From positions 1,116,001 to 1,180,000 of the forward strand of contig JAQFVV010000004.1 of the NCBI GenBank assembly GCA_028023455.1: DNA of 64,000 nucleotides. Direction: 5' to 3'. Numbering within the stretch: position 1 is the first letter of the stretch; the number at the start of each line of letters is the position of its first letter. The notes beneath the pieces are model-generated. The model searched no databases. It had not been told where the DNA came from and worked only from the letters and a program-made list of their open reading frames with translations. This document shows, one piece after another, positions 42,457-55,795 of the stretch. A program made the position numbers and the translations under genes. The stretch is from Epiperipatus broadwayi. Lineage: Eukaryota; Animalia; Onychophora.

Positions 42457-42567
42457 AAAGGCAACATATAGTAGAAATTTGATATATTTATATATGAGGG
42501 TTGGTTCAAATCCTCCTGAGTCCTTCAAATTTTTTTTTTTTTATAACAAGTCTAATTATTTTTATTT

Positions 42568-44935
42568 TTACTTTTTCCTAAGAGCAAGATTAATTAGAGG
42601 CTTCCATACATTGTGTATTGCCACACTGGGTTGACTTATAGGATTATTTACCATTGTCATATGAGCAGCTTCCTTGAATTTTCTTCTATGCATTTTTGCC
42701 TCTTTATCCAATATCTTTGTATTTTCCCACTTAAGCACATGGTCATTAGTACATACATGATCTGCTATGGTAGACACATCTATTTTTTCTCTTTTAACCA
42801 TTAATTTGTGTTCCTTCAATCGTTGTTCAACCGGGCGACAGGTCTCACCAATGTATTTCCTTTCACATTCACATGGTATTTCATAGATGCAGTTTTTGTT
42901 CTTCAACATTTTCAGTTTAGGCTTAGTAGAAGTAAGCATTCCTTGAAGTGTGGTAAGGCTTTGGAAAGCAGTCCTAATATTATATTAACTGCAGATTTTC
43001 TTTAATTTGTCTGCCACACTTGGTATGTATGGATACACCACCGTACCAATAACTGTTTTCTCTTTTGGTGTCTCTTTGTGTTGTCTATTGAAGGTTTTCT
43101 GATGACTGCTGATGGATAACCATTCTTCATAAGCATTTGTTCTATGTGAATCTTTTTTTTTCCAAGTCACTGGATTCTGAATAAATCTCCTTTGCTCTGT
43201 TCCATAATGATAGTACAATTTCTTGTTTAATGCTTCTTGTATGATTGGATGTATATGCCAAGTATTTGCCAATGTGTGTCAGTTTCATATACACTGTTGT
43301 TTTTACTTTGCCCTGAGGGAGTCTTGTCACAAGTTCATCCAAGAACGCCAATTTTTGTTCTTGTTCTGATTCCATCGTGAATTTAATTTTAGGAGATATG
43401 TTGTTAATGTGTATCCAGAATGACTGTAATTGTACCTCACATGTGACCATACCACAAATGTATCAACATATCGAAGCCACACTTTAGGTGGACATGGAGT
43501 AGTATTTATGGCTGCGGTTTCAAGTTCTTCCATATAAATGTTGCTGAGCAAGGGTGACAGTGATGATCTCATGGCCATCCCTTGATTTTGTTGGAAGAAT
43601 TCTGAGTTATATTGAAAGTATGTTGTTGTTACACAGAATGTTAATAATTCCATTATACTATCAATAGGTAGAGCTGTTCTAGTTTGTAGACTATTATTGT
43701 CATATAACCTTTTCCTTACAATAGACAATGCTTCATCACATGGTACATTTGTAAACAGACTTTCCACATCAAAGCTTACCAATATGTCAGTTCTATCCAT
43801 TTTCATGTTCCTGACTAGTTCAACAAAGTGCTTAGAATCCCTGACGAAAGACTGTGTCCTATACACCAATGGACTAAGAACTTCGAGAAGAAATCTTGAC
43901 AAATTTTGACAGGGTGAAATTTCTAGAACTAACAATAGGTCTTAATGGAACCTTGTCTTTACGAATTTTTGGCAGTCCATACTGGTGAGGAATCTTGCTG
44001 AAATACGAAGTTAATTTTCTGTTTTCTGAATCACTGAAATACCTGCGGTGCTTCCGGAGTAATGCTTGTAGTTTTACCTCTGTATCTGGAATTGGATTTT
44101 TTGCTATCATTTTGTATTGGCCTGCTGTGAGAAGGCCTTGTATTTTGTTATCATAATCAGTTTTATCCATTACAACTGTAGTGTTACCTTTGTCAGCAGG
44201 AAGAATGATTATAGATGTATCCTGTTTGAGAGATTTAATAGCTTTCCTCTCATCACATGAAATGTTTGACTTCTGCTTGTGAACTTGATGTCTTTCCAGT
44301 GTTCTTTTTACTCTCCAGCGTAACTCTGCCACTTCCTCTAGATTCAAATTTTGGGTCACCTCATCAGTGGCGGCCATTATATCCAATAGTGGTACAGTAG
44401 ATGGTGTAATGGCAAAATTCAAACCTTTTCCAAGAACTGCTAATTCACAATCGGTAAGTTGTTTAGAACTAAGATTTTTCACTGATGATAAGGATAGACT
44501 AGTTGCAGTATTACATTTGATTTGCCCATGTAGATTGACAAACTTCTTCTTCTGAAGGTCTTCTATCCTCCCATGTAACTTACAATATGATCTGTTCACT
44601 GCTTGACAAATTCTTGAGAAATCTTCATCTGTAACTTTGTTTTGTAGTAACGATTCCACACTTCTAATAGATTGCAATGTTTGATACTTGGTAAACCGCT
44701 GAACCTTTATACTTTCTCTCAATAAGGCCTCATTTGCTCTCTGAATAATTTTCTCAGCTCTCTTGGAGGAAATAGGAAGTTTTAACTGCAAACCCTTGGG
44801 GATAATCCCTTCTGATTTACATTTACATAAGAAAGTTAATATTTAACACAGCATTACGCTGTTGCACATGCTCTTTGAAGATTTTAACTATAAATGAGAT
44901 GAATACTAACACTCAACCACATGATAGTCTTTGGA
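42568..44935 (-). pseudogene. PLE polyprotein (N-terminal domain, RT, thumb, GIY-YIG), frameshifted
   Basis: CKSEGIIPKGLQL; ILPADKGNTTVVMDKTDY; YGLPKIRKDKVPLRPIVS; LVSFDVESLFTNVP; QGMAMRSSLSP; WLRYVD; IKFTMESEQEQKLAFLD; CIYEIPCECERKYIGET. At least 4 frameshifts. Confidence 0.95.
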
Positions 44936-45052
44936 AAAGATAGAATGGCTTTTTCAAAGACTTTATCATGTGGTTGAGTGTTAATATTCACCTCATTTAT
45001 AGTTAAAATCTTCAAAGCACATATGCAACAGTGTAATGCTGTGTTAAATATT
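44838..45052. repeat. ~100-bp-arm imperfect palindrome at the PLE1 ORF 5' end
   Basis: AATATTTAACACAGCATTAC...AGTCTTTGGAAAAG / CTTTTTCAAAGACT...GTAATGCTGTGTTAAATATT with a ~9-nt loop. Confidence 0.9.
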
Positions 45053-47289
45053 ACAGTTTACAAACATCGCGCTATAAAAAAATGATTTGTTTACATAAGA
45101 AAGTTAAATGATTTTCTACTTTAGCCAGTTTTAGACATAATTTAGTGGAGAATAATACTACTTGAAACATCGTGTAATTACTAACCTATATTGTCTATTT
45201 GTGTGTTATTACTAACAAGTTGTTTGTATTTGAAAAGTTTAAAGTTTAAAATTTTATAAATGATGGAAATAGTCCAACATATCACATCTTATAATATACC
45301 ATCATTACAAACCTTCAGACAAATTCGGAAGATATTCAATTTATTGTGTATCTATTTTTTTCTTCTTTTTATTTTATCATAATGTTTTTCTAGTACACAG
45401 GAATCATATTTCCTTTTGTTTTTTTATTTACACATATATTCATGAAGCTGTGAACTACTTCAGTTATATGCTATGCAAAAAAAAAAAAATGTAAACAAAC
45501 AAAAAGTACACTAAAAATCGTAAATTTAATTCATTTTATAATATGTAAGTATTTAATTGTTCCATTAAATTAATTTAATTTTTTTTTAAAAAATTAAGTT
45601 AGTCAAGTAAGAATAAATTCTGGAACTTTTCATTCTATTTTTAAAAGTTTCTTGTTGTATTAATCCATACCACACATTTTTATCAATGTGGAACATATAT
45701 CCTTAATAATATTTTATTTGTCTTCAATAATGTTGTATTGATTTGGCGTAAACTAATAAGAATATAAATTTATTTATGAAAAATAGCATTTATCTTGATT
45801 AATGCTATAAAATATGTAGTATAAAATTATTAGATATAATGGATCATCTTGCTGTTTAGCCTGCTGTGCTCAGGAACTTGAGTTCAAATCTGAGGTGGAG
45901 TTGGGAAAGATTTTCAAACAATTGAGAAATTCCTAATCAAGAACAGACCTTTTTTAAGCAGCTAATCCATAGATAATGCAAATAGTCACCTAATATTAGT
46001 CAGTAAATGAACACCTACTTTTTATTATTTAGAAAAAATTGATTTGATTAAAGCCAATGTGCTCATTATTAATACAATGCAACTTCCACCACAGATAATT
46101 ATATACCTATAGGTGTTGAATTCATGATTGACTTTTATTAATATTATTACTTTTAGTAGCTCTAAATGACAAGATTATAAACATAGTTCCCATACCTCTA
46201 TGACTAGAGTATTTATTATTTATTTATTGTTTATTACTATAATTTTGAATGAATGATATGTTATGTAAGACTCTCTGTCTTTGGAACTATGTGGTCACTT
46301 TTAAATGATCACTCAATTCTTACCCATTGTCTTCAGTTACCATGATAAATATTATGTTTATTATAATTAAATTAAAATCCTATGTTACCTCGATTAACCT
46401 ATTAGTTCATATACTTGAATCATAAACTGTCATGGATTATTTATATACTGAAACATCAAAATGATCGTGCATCTTTTATAAAACTATAATTCATCCAACA
46501 CTAATTGTATCTAAATGCATTTACTTAGCAATTCTTCAGACTGTGTTATTAGTAGATTTTAGATTTTAGTTTAATGATGTTGTTTTGTTCATAAGATATG
46601 ATCATTGTTGAACATAACTTAAAATTGTTCAATCCAATTTGGGTAATTATGAGTTATTGTTTTTCTTTGAGTAATGGTCAGTTTGAATATGAATCATCTT
46701 GAAAGAAGGATTCAATAATTACCAGAATAATGTCCAACCAAATAGTTAAGAAAATATCCTTATTAGTATCTCATTTGGTCTTTATATATTATTATAGATT
46801 TATCATAATTTTGACATACTTGTTCTTTCATAACACGTTCATAAAGTCATATATAACACTTTGTTACTATTAAAACATATAACTACTTACGAGTTCTTAA
46901 TATTTTTATTATTTTACTCTTTATGAGTTTTTTGTTGTATATGAATATTATATATCTTTTATAGCCTTTGCCTTTAGCAGTTATACAAAGTGATTTTAAT
47001 AAGTACATTTTTTTTAGATGTATATCCGTTAATTATGCACTAGTTTGCCTAATAAGTAATTACATTAGCTAAGATGTCAGTTTTATTTTAATTATATGAA
47101 TAGTTCTTTACATAATTGTTTGTAATCTTATTCTTGTTATTTGTTTTTCAATTATTTTGTAACTTTATTTAATTAATTTAGTTTTATCCTAGAAATAATT
47201 TCGCATTATTAAATATATTATCATTATTTTATGAATATTTAAAAATAAATCTTTTTAATTTTTTATGCTTTAACAATAAATACTATTAC

Positions 47290-47610
47290 AAATTGTCATG
47301 TTTTTTTTTTCCTTCTCATTCTTCTTCTCTTTCTCAATTTTCTTTTTTGTCTTACTATTTCTTTTTATTTTTTATTCTTCTACTGCTCTTTTTTCTTTTT
47401 TTTCATCCTCCTTCTACTTCTCCTCTTTGTTCTTCAACTTCCTTTACTCTTTCTTGGTTCTATTCGTTTTTTTCTTTTCCTCCTCCTTTTTCTTCTACTT
47501 TTTCTTTTCTTACTCCTCTATCTCCTTCTTTTCCTCCAACTTCTCCTTCATCTTTTTGTCTTTTCCTTGCCTTTCTCATTATTATTATCATCATCATTAT
47601 CATTATTGAA
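47290..47610. repeat. Pyrimidine-rich low-complexity tract ending in (ATT/ATC)n
   Basis: TTC/TTCT/TCC runs. Confidence 0.85.
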
Positions 47611-48582
47611 GAATGTCTTTTTTAAAATACCTATACAAATTTCTTTTGTGTGTGTATATATATATACTTGTGCATATATATATAAAACTATCAAAGTCAT
47701 ATTAATCATGTTTTTAATACCAATTTATGCATATTCACTTTGTGTTTGTGTGTGCGTGTACAAATAAACATCCATTATCAAAACATATAAATGAATGTTT
47801 TGATTCTTCCAATAAGTCTCTGGTTTTTGAAGATGTTATTAACTTGAATATTTTATTATTGCGATGTTGTTGTTGTATTGTAATAAATAATAATAAAATA
47901 ATAATATTAATAAAAGTTTGTTTAAACAAAAAGTTTATATATTTATTTTTTAAATATTTTTTGTATTATATCTAGGGACAGCTTCTGTAGGCAATGTGGA
48001 TCGACAGCGTTCATAACTTTTTAAATTTATATATACAGTCTGTAATGCTATATGAATTTATGAAGTAAAAGAATAATTGACTTGGGAACACTAAAGGATC
48101 ATAGATTGAAATTCAATTCTTTACTTCTGGTGCTTGCATTGATATAATCCCCAACCATCTAATTATTCAATTATCTCTTTTAGATATAAAATTTTATGAA
48201 AAGTAATGCTATGTAGTAAATGGATTTGTTAATAGATTCTGCATATTCTAGTTTACTCATCCTCTATTTTCAGTTATCATAGCAATAATAAATTAATAAA
48301 AACATAAAATCAATTTCAACTTTAAAGTTTTTGTAGTTAGTGCTATGCAATAGACATTTAGCTTCCATGACCGGTAGTGCCTGTTGGTGGTTTTCAATAT
48401 GGGTATTTTTCAAAAATGATAAAAATCATTAAAAAAAAACTATTTAGATCAGGTAATGATGGCTTGATCATAGGCTATGTAGGGTGTGTTAACAATGTCA
48501 ATATTATTTTTTTTTGGCTTTTGTCAGAATTTGCCCAAATTTCTGTCAAGTAAATTATAGCAGTGCTAAGACAATACCAATA

Positions 48583-48748
48583 TAATCAATATTTGTTTTA
48601 AATTCTAAATATATCATTTAAACCTTATAGTTTAATCATTTTGAGATTAAATGAATAGTTGGTTAATCAATATTTGTTTTAAATTCTAAATATATCATTT
48701 AAACCTTATAGTTTAATCATTTTGAGATTAAATGAATAGTTGGTTAAT
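48583..48748. repeat. Perfect 81-bp tandem duplication
   Basis: 48583-48663 is identical to 48664-48744. Confidence 0.9.
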
Positions 48749-51291
48749 ACTATTTGTCAATGTTAAATTGTGATGGGTTAATTTTGACAAAATACATTTG
48801 AAAGTGATCTATTTACTATCCTAACTATTTTCAACTTTTTCTTTTTTGTTGGAAAAGTTAAAAATCTTTTGATAGTAATTATAGTTAAAAAATTCTAGCA
48901 ACAAAATAAATAGAATCACAAATTGTGATTAGTATCTTTAATTTATTTATTTTTTTAATTTAAAAAAAAAAAAAGTAAAAATTAAACTTGAAAAATGTGT
49001 GACAACTAATTTTACATTATTTTCCAGTCAAGAAAATTGACAATTTATTTAAACCTTTAGTTTTACAGTCTTGATAGGCAGGTTCTTTGCAATATAAGAA
49101 ATAAATGATATAAAAATTTATTTCTCTTAGATAATTTGCCCTGTATAATTTAGATCAGTAGTACAGTAATGTATTCAAGAGCAAAGGGTCTCTGAATCAT
49201 TCCTCAACTCTGCCGCTTCAAGTAATCAAATGTCACATAATCTTCCAAGCAGTGAATCATTATTTTTGTTTTACTCTGTGTGGTTTAGTACAGATTCAGA
49301 GGTGAAAACTGTAGCATCAATTATAAATTGAAATTAATTAAGGGTGTTAACTGCTCAATCTGTCACTAGAGGGTTCAAACATCACATAGCTTCCCAAGCA
49401 ATTTAGTATACAATTACTCATTTTGCCCCGAATATTTTAGTATAATGTTAGAGTTGCAAACTTAAAAGCTAAGGATTCCTTAATCCTCACTCATTTCTAT
49501 ATTATCTGGTCTTAAACATCAAATTAAGTCCTGAGCTTCTTTTTTTTTTTTAAGAATAACTTTTCTTCTTTTGTTTTTACTTTTTATGATATTTTAAAAT
49601 TAAATTATTTTTATTAATTTTTTAATGATGTAAGGATGCATTAAAGATTGAGAAGCAGATCTAAGATTGAGATACTTAAACAAGTTGTCGTAAGATGGCG
49701 ATATGCCATAGTGAACTATGTGCAATGTTGATGTAGCTAACATTATAGTTTATTCAGTTTAACATATAATGAAGACAAATACTTATAACAATTATGGCAA
49801 AAACAATTTCTACTTTCTATTAAGTGCATTAAAATGAAAAAAATAAAAGTTATCTAAACGAATTTGGGCTTTATTATAAATAGACATTTTAAATTATTAC
49901 AGCTTACTTGCAAATTAAACTTGAATTTGCTAAGTTAATGTTCTCATGTAAAATAAAAAAGTTTTTAATTTATTTTCAGTTAATAAAACCTAAACGAATA
50001 GGTTATGTTTTTAATAAAAATTCTAGATCGCTAAGTTAGTGGTATCAGTCCAGTTAAAGCTTTTATAGAACTGTATTTGTATATTATTAATTCTATGTCG
50101 ACAACTCATATAACCGAAACAGTTTAATGCAATTTTAAGAAGCATTACCTTCCCATATAAAAATAAATAATCGAATGACTTTTATTTCTCTGGAGTTTCC
50201 GGAATTGATCCGAGCATTCCGTTCCATAATGATATTCTACTATTGCCTAAACCACATAGGGAATATATATACTAATGTAAGAGTTTATTATGCATCTGCC
50301 ATTTAAAAATTTTTATTACTAACATAATTCGACGTTATTTCAGAGAAAATTATTTTTAAAAAAGTTTAAAAACGTCTCCGCCCTGTCCTCTCTTTTCCAT
50401 ATAGTCTTCAATCTTCTATAAAATAATTTTCGAAAGAATCTTAGAAAAATTAATATTTATGTACATTATTCAAATATTGTTATCTCTAAAAAAAGATTTT
50501 ATTTTTTAAAAAAACTTAAATGATAATATTGTAATATTTTTTTTAAAAAATAAAAAAAAAAGTTTACAGCTAATACTGTAATGTAATATTTATAGATTTT
50601 TTTTGCAGAATTTATAAAATACTGTATGGATGCAAATTTAGAGACATCTAGCGGAATAATTGCTAAACTTGTAGTTATCATAATATTCGTAAGAGGTCAG
50701 AAGTGAACAGAATACTTAAAATTATGTACATGTATTGTACAGTATATATATGAACGAAAATAAAAATAGCAAATTTTTTTTAAATAAATAAATCTCTTCT
50801 AATTATTATACAATACGTAAATCCCATTTTATGTAATTAAACCACTACAATTAAATAAGTTCGTTTACTTGTATTTAATTAAACAAATAAATTTATATAT
50901 AATTCATCAAAAGTGTAAATAAAATTTAAACGAGAAGATAAAAAATTTAATACGGTAATTATAATAAAAATCAATTTCATTATATATTTGTAAATATCTT
51001 TATAGTTAACATATATATATATATATGCGTGTATGAAAATATGTAGATATATGTAGGGACTGGAAAAAATAAGTATATTATCTTCACTTCTAGCTCATGT
51101 AATGCAAAAACTGAAGTAAATGTTTCTCTCTCTCTTTTAGTAAGAAAGTAGAAAAAATTATCGACAGAAAATTGAATCAGTTTGTAAGCTTGTAAATATT
51201 TTTTAATACCTTTTTTGAGTTTTAAAAAAATCAAAACCTGATTAGTTGGGGCACCAGTGTTCAAACCCGTTTCTAGATTGACAATCTATGC

Positions 51292-52167
51292 CAGGGATGC
51301 CCAACCCGTAGCTCGCGAGTCACATGTGGCTCGCGTAACTGTTTAATGTGGCTCGAATTGCACTCTTCAAAAAAATTGATAAAATATTTTATGTTCCTTG
51401 ATGGCACATGCACACACTAAAAAATAAACATTTTTACAATACAAACAATAACGATATGCAGTGTCAGGTTTCACATTAAATAAAATATATTTTTCCTGTA
51501 ATTGTAATTTATATGTATGTTACCAAATTTTTAATAAATAAAATGTATTTACATTTTTTTTTCTTTTTAACATATTACACCATTTTTTTTTTTTTTTGCT
51601 GTACACGTTTGGTTTGGTGCTATATATATATATTGTGTTTAGTGCTCTTGTATATATTGTTGTTTTTATCGAGAAAGATCCTTGTAGACGTTTGGTTTGG
51701 TGCTGTATATATATTGTGTTTAGTGCTGGAAATAGTTTTTATCGAAATAGATCCATGTACACGTATATATTTTGCTGTATATATCGATGTTTAGTGCTGT
51801 AAACAGTTGTTTTTATCCGTGTATACGTATATATTTTGCTGTATATATATATTGATGTTTAGTGCTGTAAATAGTTGTTTTTATCGAGATAGATTCGTGT
51901 ACACATATATATTTTGCTGTATATATTGATGTTTTCATCGAGAAAGATGCGTGTACACGTTATTTTGGCCACATTAGAAACGGCGGATTGATACCAATGT
52001 GAATAGGCCATCCCCCCCCCCCCCACCTATCTCCCTACATTGCAGGTTTAGTACCCAAGTATCATGTTTATAAATGTAATATGAAAAATGTAATATATAA
52101 TTGTGGCTCCCCAAATTTTTTTAAATTCTCAACTGGCTCGCGTCAAGTTAAAGGTAGGGCACCACTG
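51292..52167. mobile_element. Non-autonomous hAT element (MITE) with internal tandem repeats
   Basis: TIRs CAGGGATGCCCAACC / CAGTGGTGCCCTACC (12/15); perfect 8-bp TSD ATCTATGC; GGCTCG subterminal motifs; about six 55-85-bp repeats at 51600-51960. Confidence 0.9.
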
Positions 52168-53056
52168 ATCTATGCATTCAAATAAAACTTGCAAACCATC
52201 AAAACATTATATGATCACATGATGACGCTACTGTATGGAGAGTTTTGCCTCTGTGCAAATAAAAACTTGCTAGGATTAACTGCTTTCAAAAATCAGTACT
52301 TGCAGAATAGGGCTCATGGCTTTTGTAAAGAAATTTAGCACAAAAACACAATACCGCAGAGGAGTGAAGCACTACAAAAAATCAATGTGCATCTAATATT
52401 CTCATGTCTACCAAAATAATTTACTGCTTCATGTTCAAAACATTTATAGATGAGCTGCCTTTTTACAGCTAATAATTTATATTGTCATATCTGACCCTGC
52501 CTTTAGAAGTGGATTATTCCAGATTCCTTACCTGATTTGCTAGCACCCAGTTGCTATCCAAAGGGATTAAAACCTTCACTGGGGTTCGCACACTGAATCC
52601 ACGTGTTTCCAGCAAGGTAGGGGATCTACCTTTAAATAGTCAGCCTTTTGGAGGCAAGGCAGAGAGCAATTACTTCTGTTAACCTGAACAGCAGAACATG
52701 CTCTCCATTAAACCTTCTGCTATCAGCAAAGGTATTTATCTAGTCATAATCGCGACGGCCATGCAGTGAGGCAAGTCCACCTATGGACTGGAAACTGAGC
52801 TGACTAGAGGCAAGCTAAATACATAGCTGGAAGAGTCTTTCCAGAACTCATGAGGCAGGTTAATTATTAGCTGGAAGCAAGTTCCATACTCTGCACGACT
52901 ATTTCAGCATTCAAGTCTATGAACTGTATTTGTTCATTTGTTTAACTAACGTGTGTATATATTTTGTACTAATAAATTGTACATATTAATTGCTGAATAG
53001 TTGTTCTTTTTGTATCTGTTGGTTTGGAAATGAACCTGCAAGCCTAAACAAACACA

Positions 53057-53290
53057 ACGGATTTGGTGCAGTCGTAGAGAAATTTTTCCTTCACGGCTGG
53101 AAAAATCATAGAATAAATTGCGCCACTTATAACGGATTTGGCACAGTAACACAGAAATTTTTCCCTCACGGCTGGAAAAATTAGAATAAACTGCACCAGT
53201 TTAAACAGATCTGGCGCAGTAAAAGAGAAAATTTTCCCTCGTGGCTGGAAAAATAATAGTATAAAATATACCAGTTTCAACAGATCTAAG
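53057..53290. repeat. ~73-bp minisatellite, just over 3 units
   Basis: AC(G/A)GAT(T/C)TGG.GCAGT....AGAAATTTT.CC.C(A/G)(C/T)GGCTGGAAAAAT... repeated. Confidence 0.85.
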
Positions 53291-53597
53291 TGTATGAAAT
53301 AAATATGCAAGTGCGTATTTTGCATATTGGTTTTATTATTTTTTTTTTGAAAAAAAATTTACGTTCCTGTAATTTCATTACGGTAGTGTATTTTTTTTTT
53401 TTGGGGGGGGGGGGACTACATAAAACTTTGAATAAAATTGACCGCAAACATAAAGGCATATCAATTAAAAGCTTCAACCAATCATGAGAGCTTTACTTGC
53501 AAGACAGCGTAAAAGCTCGCTCTATTGGTTTAACAGCTTCATTGAGTTAGTTTACAATAATGTAACTATAAAACCAAAACAAGTTTGAGTGGTTAAG

Positions 53598-55795
53598 ATG
53601 GCTAAAGCAATCGGCTCTATGGAATCTTTTGATCCAGCTCAAACTGAGAGCTGGCCAAATTATAAAGAGTGTTTGATTTTTTATCTACAGGCTAATCAGA
53701 TAAAAAACCTGAGGTAAAGTTAGCTACATTAATGACCATAATAGGTCCACAAACATACGATATACTCAAGTCTCAATCTATGGCTGTAACCCCAGCTGAG
53801 CTGGATTTTGATAGAGTGTTGACAATTCTCACTTGAGTATTTTTCTCCTAAACCCTTGACAATAATGCAGAGATACCATTTTAATCTCAGCATACAAGAG
53901 CAGAGTGAAACAGCTAGAGAATTTTTTTGCAACACAAATCTGTATATTAGCCTTGAAATGCGATTTCAAAAACTTCATGAATGAAGTACTTCGTGATCAC
54001 TTTATTTATGGCATAAACGATCACAATACGAGACTGAAAATGTTAATGACTCCAGACATAGATTTTGAGACAGCAGTAGCTCAGGCAAGACTAGCAGAAA
54101 TTATAGCTAGTTAAGTTAACCCATTAAAAAAACTTACAAAGTATGAAGTGCAAAAAATTGAACATAACACTGGGTCACCTAAGCACTTAGTCAGTTCAGA
54201 GAACTCAGCATCAAATAGCCCATGGCTTTGTTATAGATGCAATGAGCACATGCACATGCATACAGAATGTCCATCCCACAAAGCAACATGCACGTTTTGC
54301 AAGCGAATCAGACATATAAAGGCATGTCTGAAATTAAGATGAACAGCCAAGTCTATTCCTAAAGACAGTAAAGGCACTATAAGAAACATAAGCAAGTTGC
54401 CTGTATAAACCATATCAGAGATGACAAGTCTGGGATTATAGACACTTTCATAATAAATGATACACCAGTTAATATGGAACTTGATACAGGGTCAGCAGTG
54501 TCTATACTTTCAAGAAAGACTTGGACGATCATTAATAAAAAAAATATATATATAAACTGCATCCTTCCAGTAAGTCAATATCAGACTACCAAGGGAATAA
54601 AATCAAACTGTTGGGTCAAAGAACAGGAAAAATTACTAGCCTAACAAAACTATATACCTACCACGGGTAGTGACATTAGGTAAACATAGTGATTTAATAG
54701 GCCGTGACTGGTTCAGTCACTGAGGATTCAAAGTGACAAAAGTGAACCAGATCACAATATTATCAACAATAAAAACTGACTTCTCAGAAGTCTTTAACAA
54801 AGAGATAGGTCTGTATTTGGGGCAACCAATCCACTTACCACTAAATGGAGAGGTAAAACCTATCAGTTGTAGGAGCAGATCATTTCCACTAGCTTTGTGT
54901 ACCAAAGTAGAGACAGAGCTTGAGAAGTGGCAGGCAGCTGGTATAATTGAGCCCATTTCATATTCTGAATGGGTCACCCCTATAGTATCAATTATCAAAG
55001 AGAATGGCGATATACAGATATGTGGAGATTATCATTGTACAATCAATAAAGCACTTGAGCCAGATAATTATCCACTGCCATCAGTCAAGCAAATCCTAGC
55101 CACATTGTCAGGTGTTAGGATTTTCTCCAAAATTGACCTAAAACATGCATATTTGCAACTACCTGTGGATGACCAAGCTGCAAGAGCATTATTAATAACA
55201 ACCCACAAGGGATTATTCAAAATGAACAGACTACCTTTTGGTATTTTGGTCGCCCCAGCAACATTCCAGAGAGTGATGGATCAACTGACTGCAGGAATAT
55301 CGGGTGTGCTACCATACTTTTATGATGTCTTACTAGTGTCCCAAACTCCTGAACAACTCTGGAGTGCCACCAAAGAACTTCTAGATAAATTCAAAGCCTC
55401 TGGCATTAAAATAAACTCAGAAAAGTGCATATTTGAAGCCAGAGAGCTTGAGTTTCTAAGGTATAAAATAAATGCTAGGAGCATTTACCCAATTCAAAAG
55501 AAGGTTATGGCAATAAAGAAAGCCAAAACACCAGAAAATAAGAAGAAACTTCAGTCCTTTTTAGGACTACTAAACTATTATGAAGGTTTCTTATACCATA
55601 AAACAGAGGCTGCCAAACCTCTGTACAGGCTACTAGACAAACAAAGCAGCATGGAAGTGGAACAGTAAGCATGACAAAGCATTTAAGATGCTAAAAAATC
55701 TAATATCAGATACTACAGTATTGGCACACTTGAACCCAGAAAGAGTGCTAGTGCTGACTGGTGACACATCACCTGTAAGAACAGGGGCAGTTTAA
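53598..55795 (+). mobile_element. Ty3/gypsy (Mag-like) element, 3'-truncated in RNase H
   Basis: gag (MAKAIGSMESFD...LRDHFIYGIND) with two tandem Cys/His knuckles; protease MELDTGSAVSIL; RT; RNase H start (GDTSPV). No integrase or clear LTR. Confidence 0.9.
54733..55668 (+). pseudogene. pol: gypsy reverse transcriptase domain, open frame but YxDD altered to YFYD
   Basis: SEWVTPIVSI, ICGDY, FSKIDLKHAYLQL, RLPFGILVAPATFQRVMD, PYFYDVLL, LQSFLGLLNYY. Confidence 0.9.

Larger units (their letters stand above)
42220..45320 (-). mobile_element. Penelope-like element PLE1 (RT plus C-terminal GIY-YIG) with inverted terminal repeats
   Basis: 12-bp direct repeat AAATTCGGAAGA (42208-42219, 45321-45332). 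Repeat 42229-42335 (-) recurs inverted at 45141-45247 (+). ORF on the minus strand. Confidence 0.92.

Noticed and set aside
47293-47625. S/F-rich ORFs (and the poly-Leu ORF at 58122-58322)
   Set aside because: Low-complexity and microsatellite translations.
53057-53290. CRISPR-like repeat-spacer appearance (also 51600-51960)
   Set aside because: Units are similar along their whole length with no unique spacers; eukaryotic context and no cas genes.
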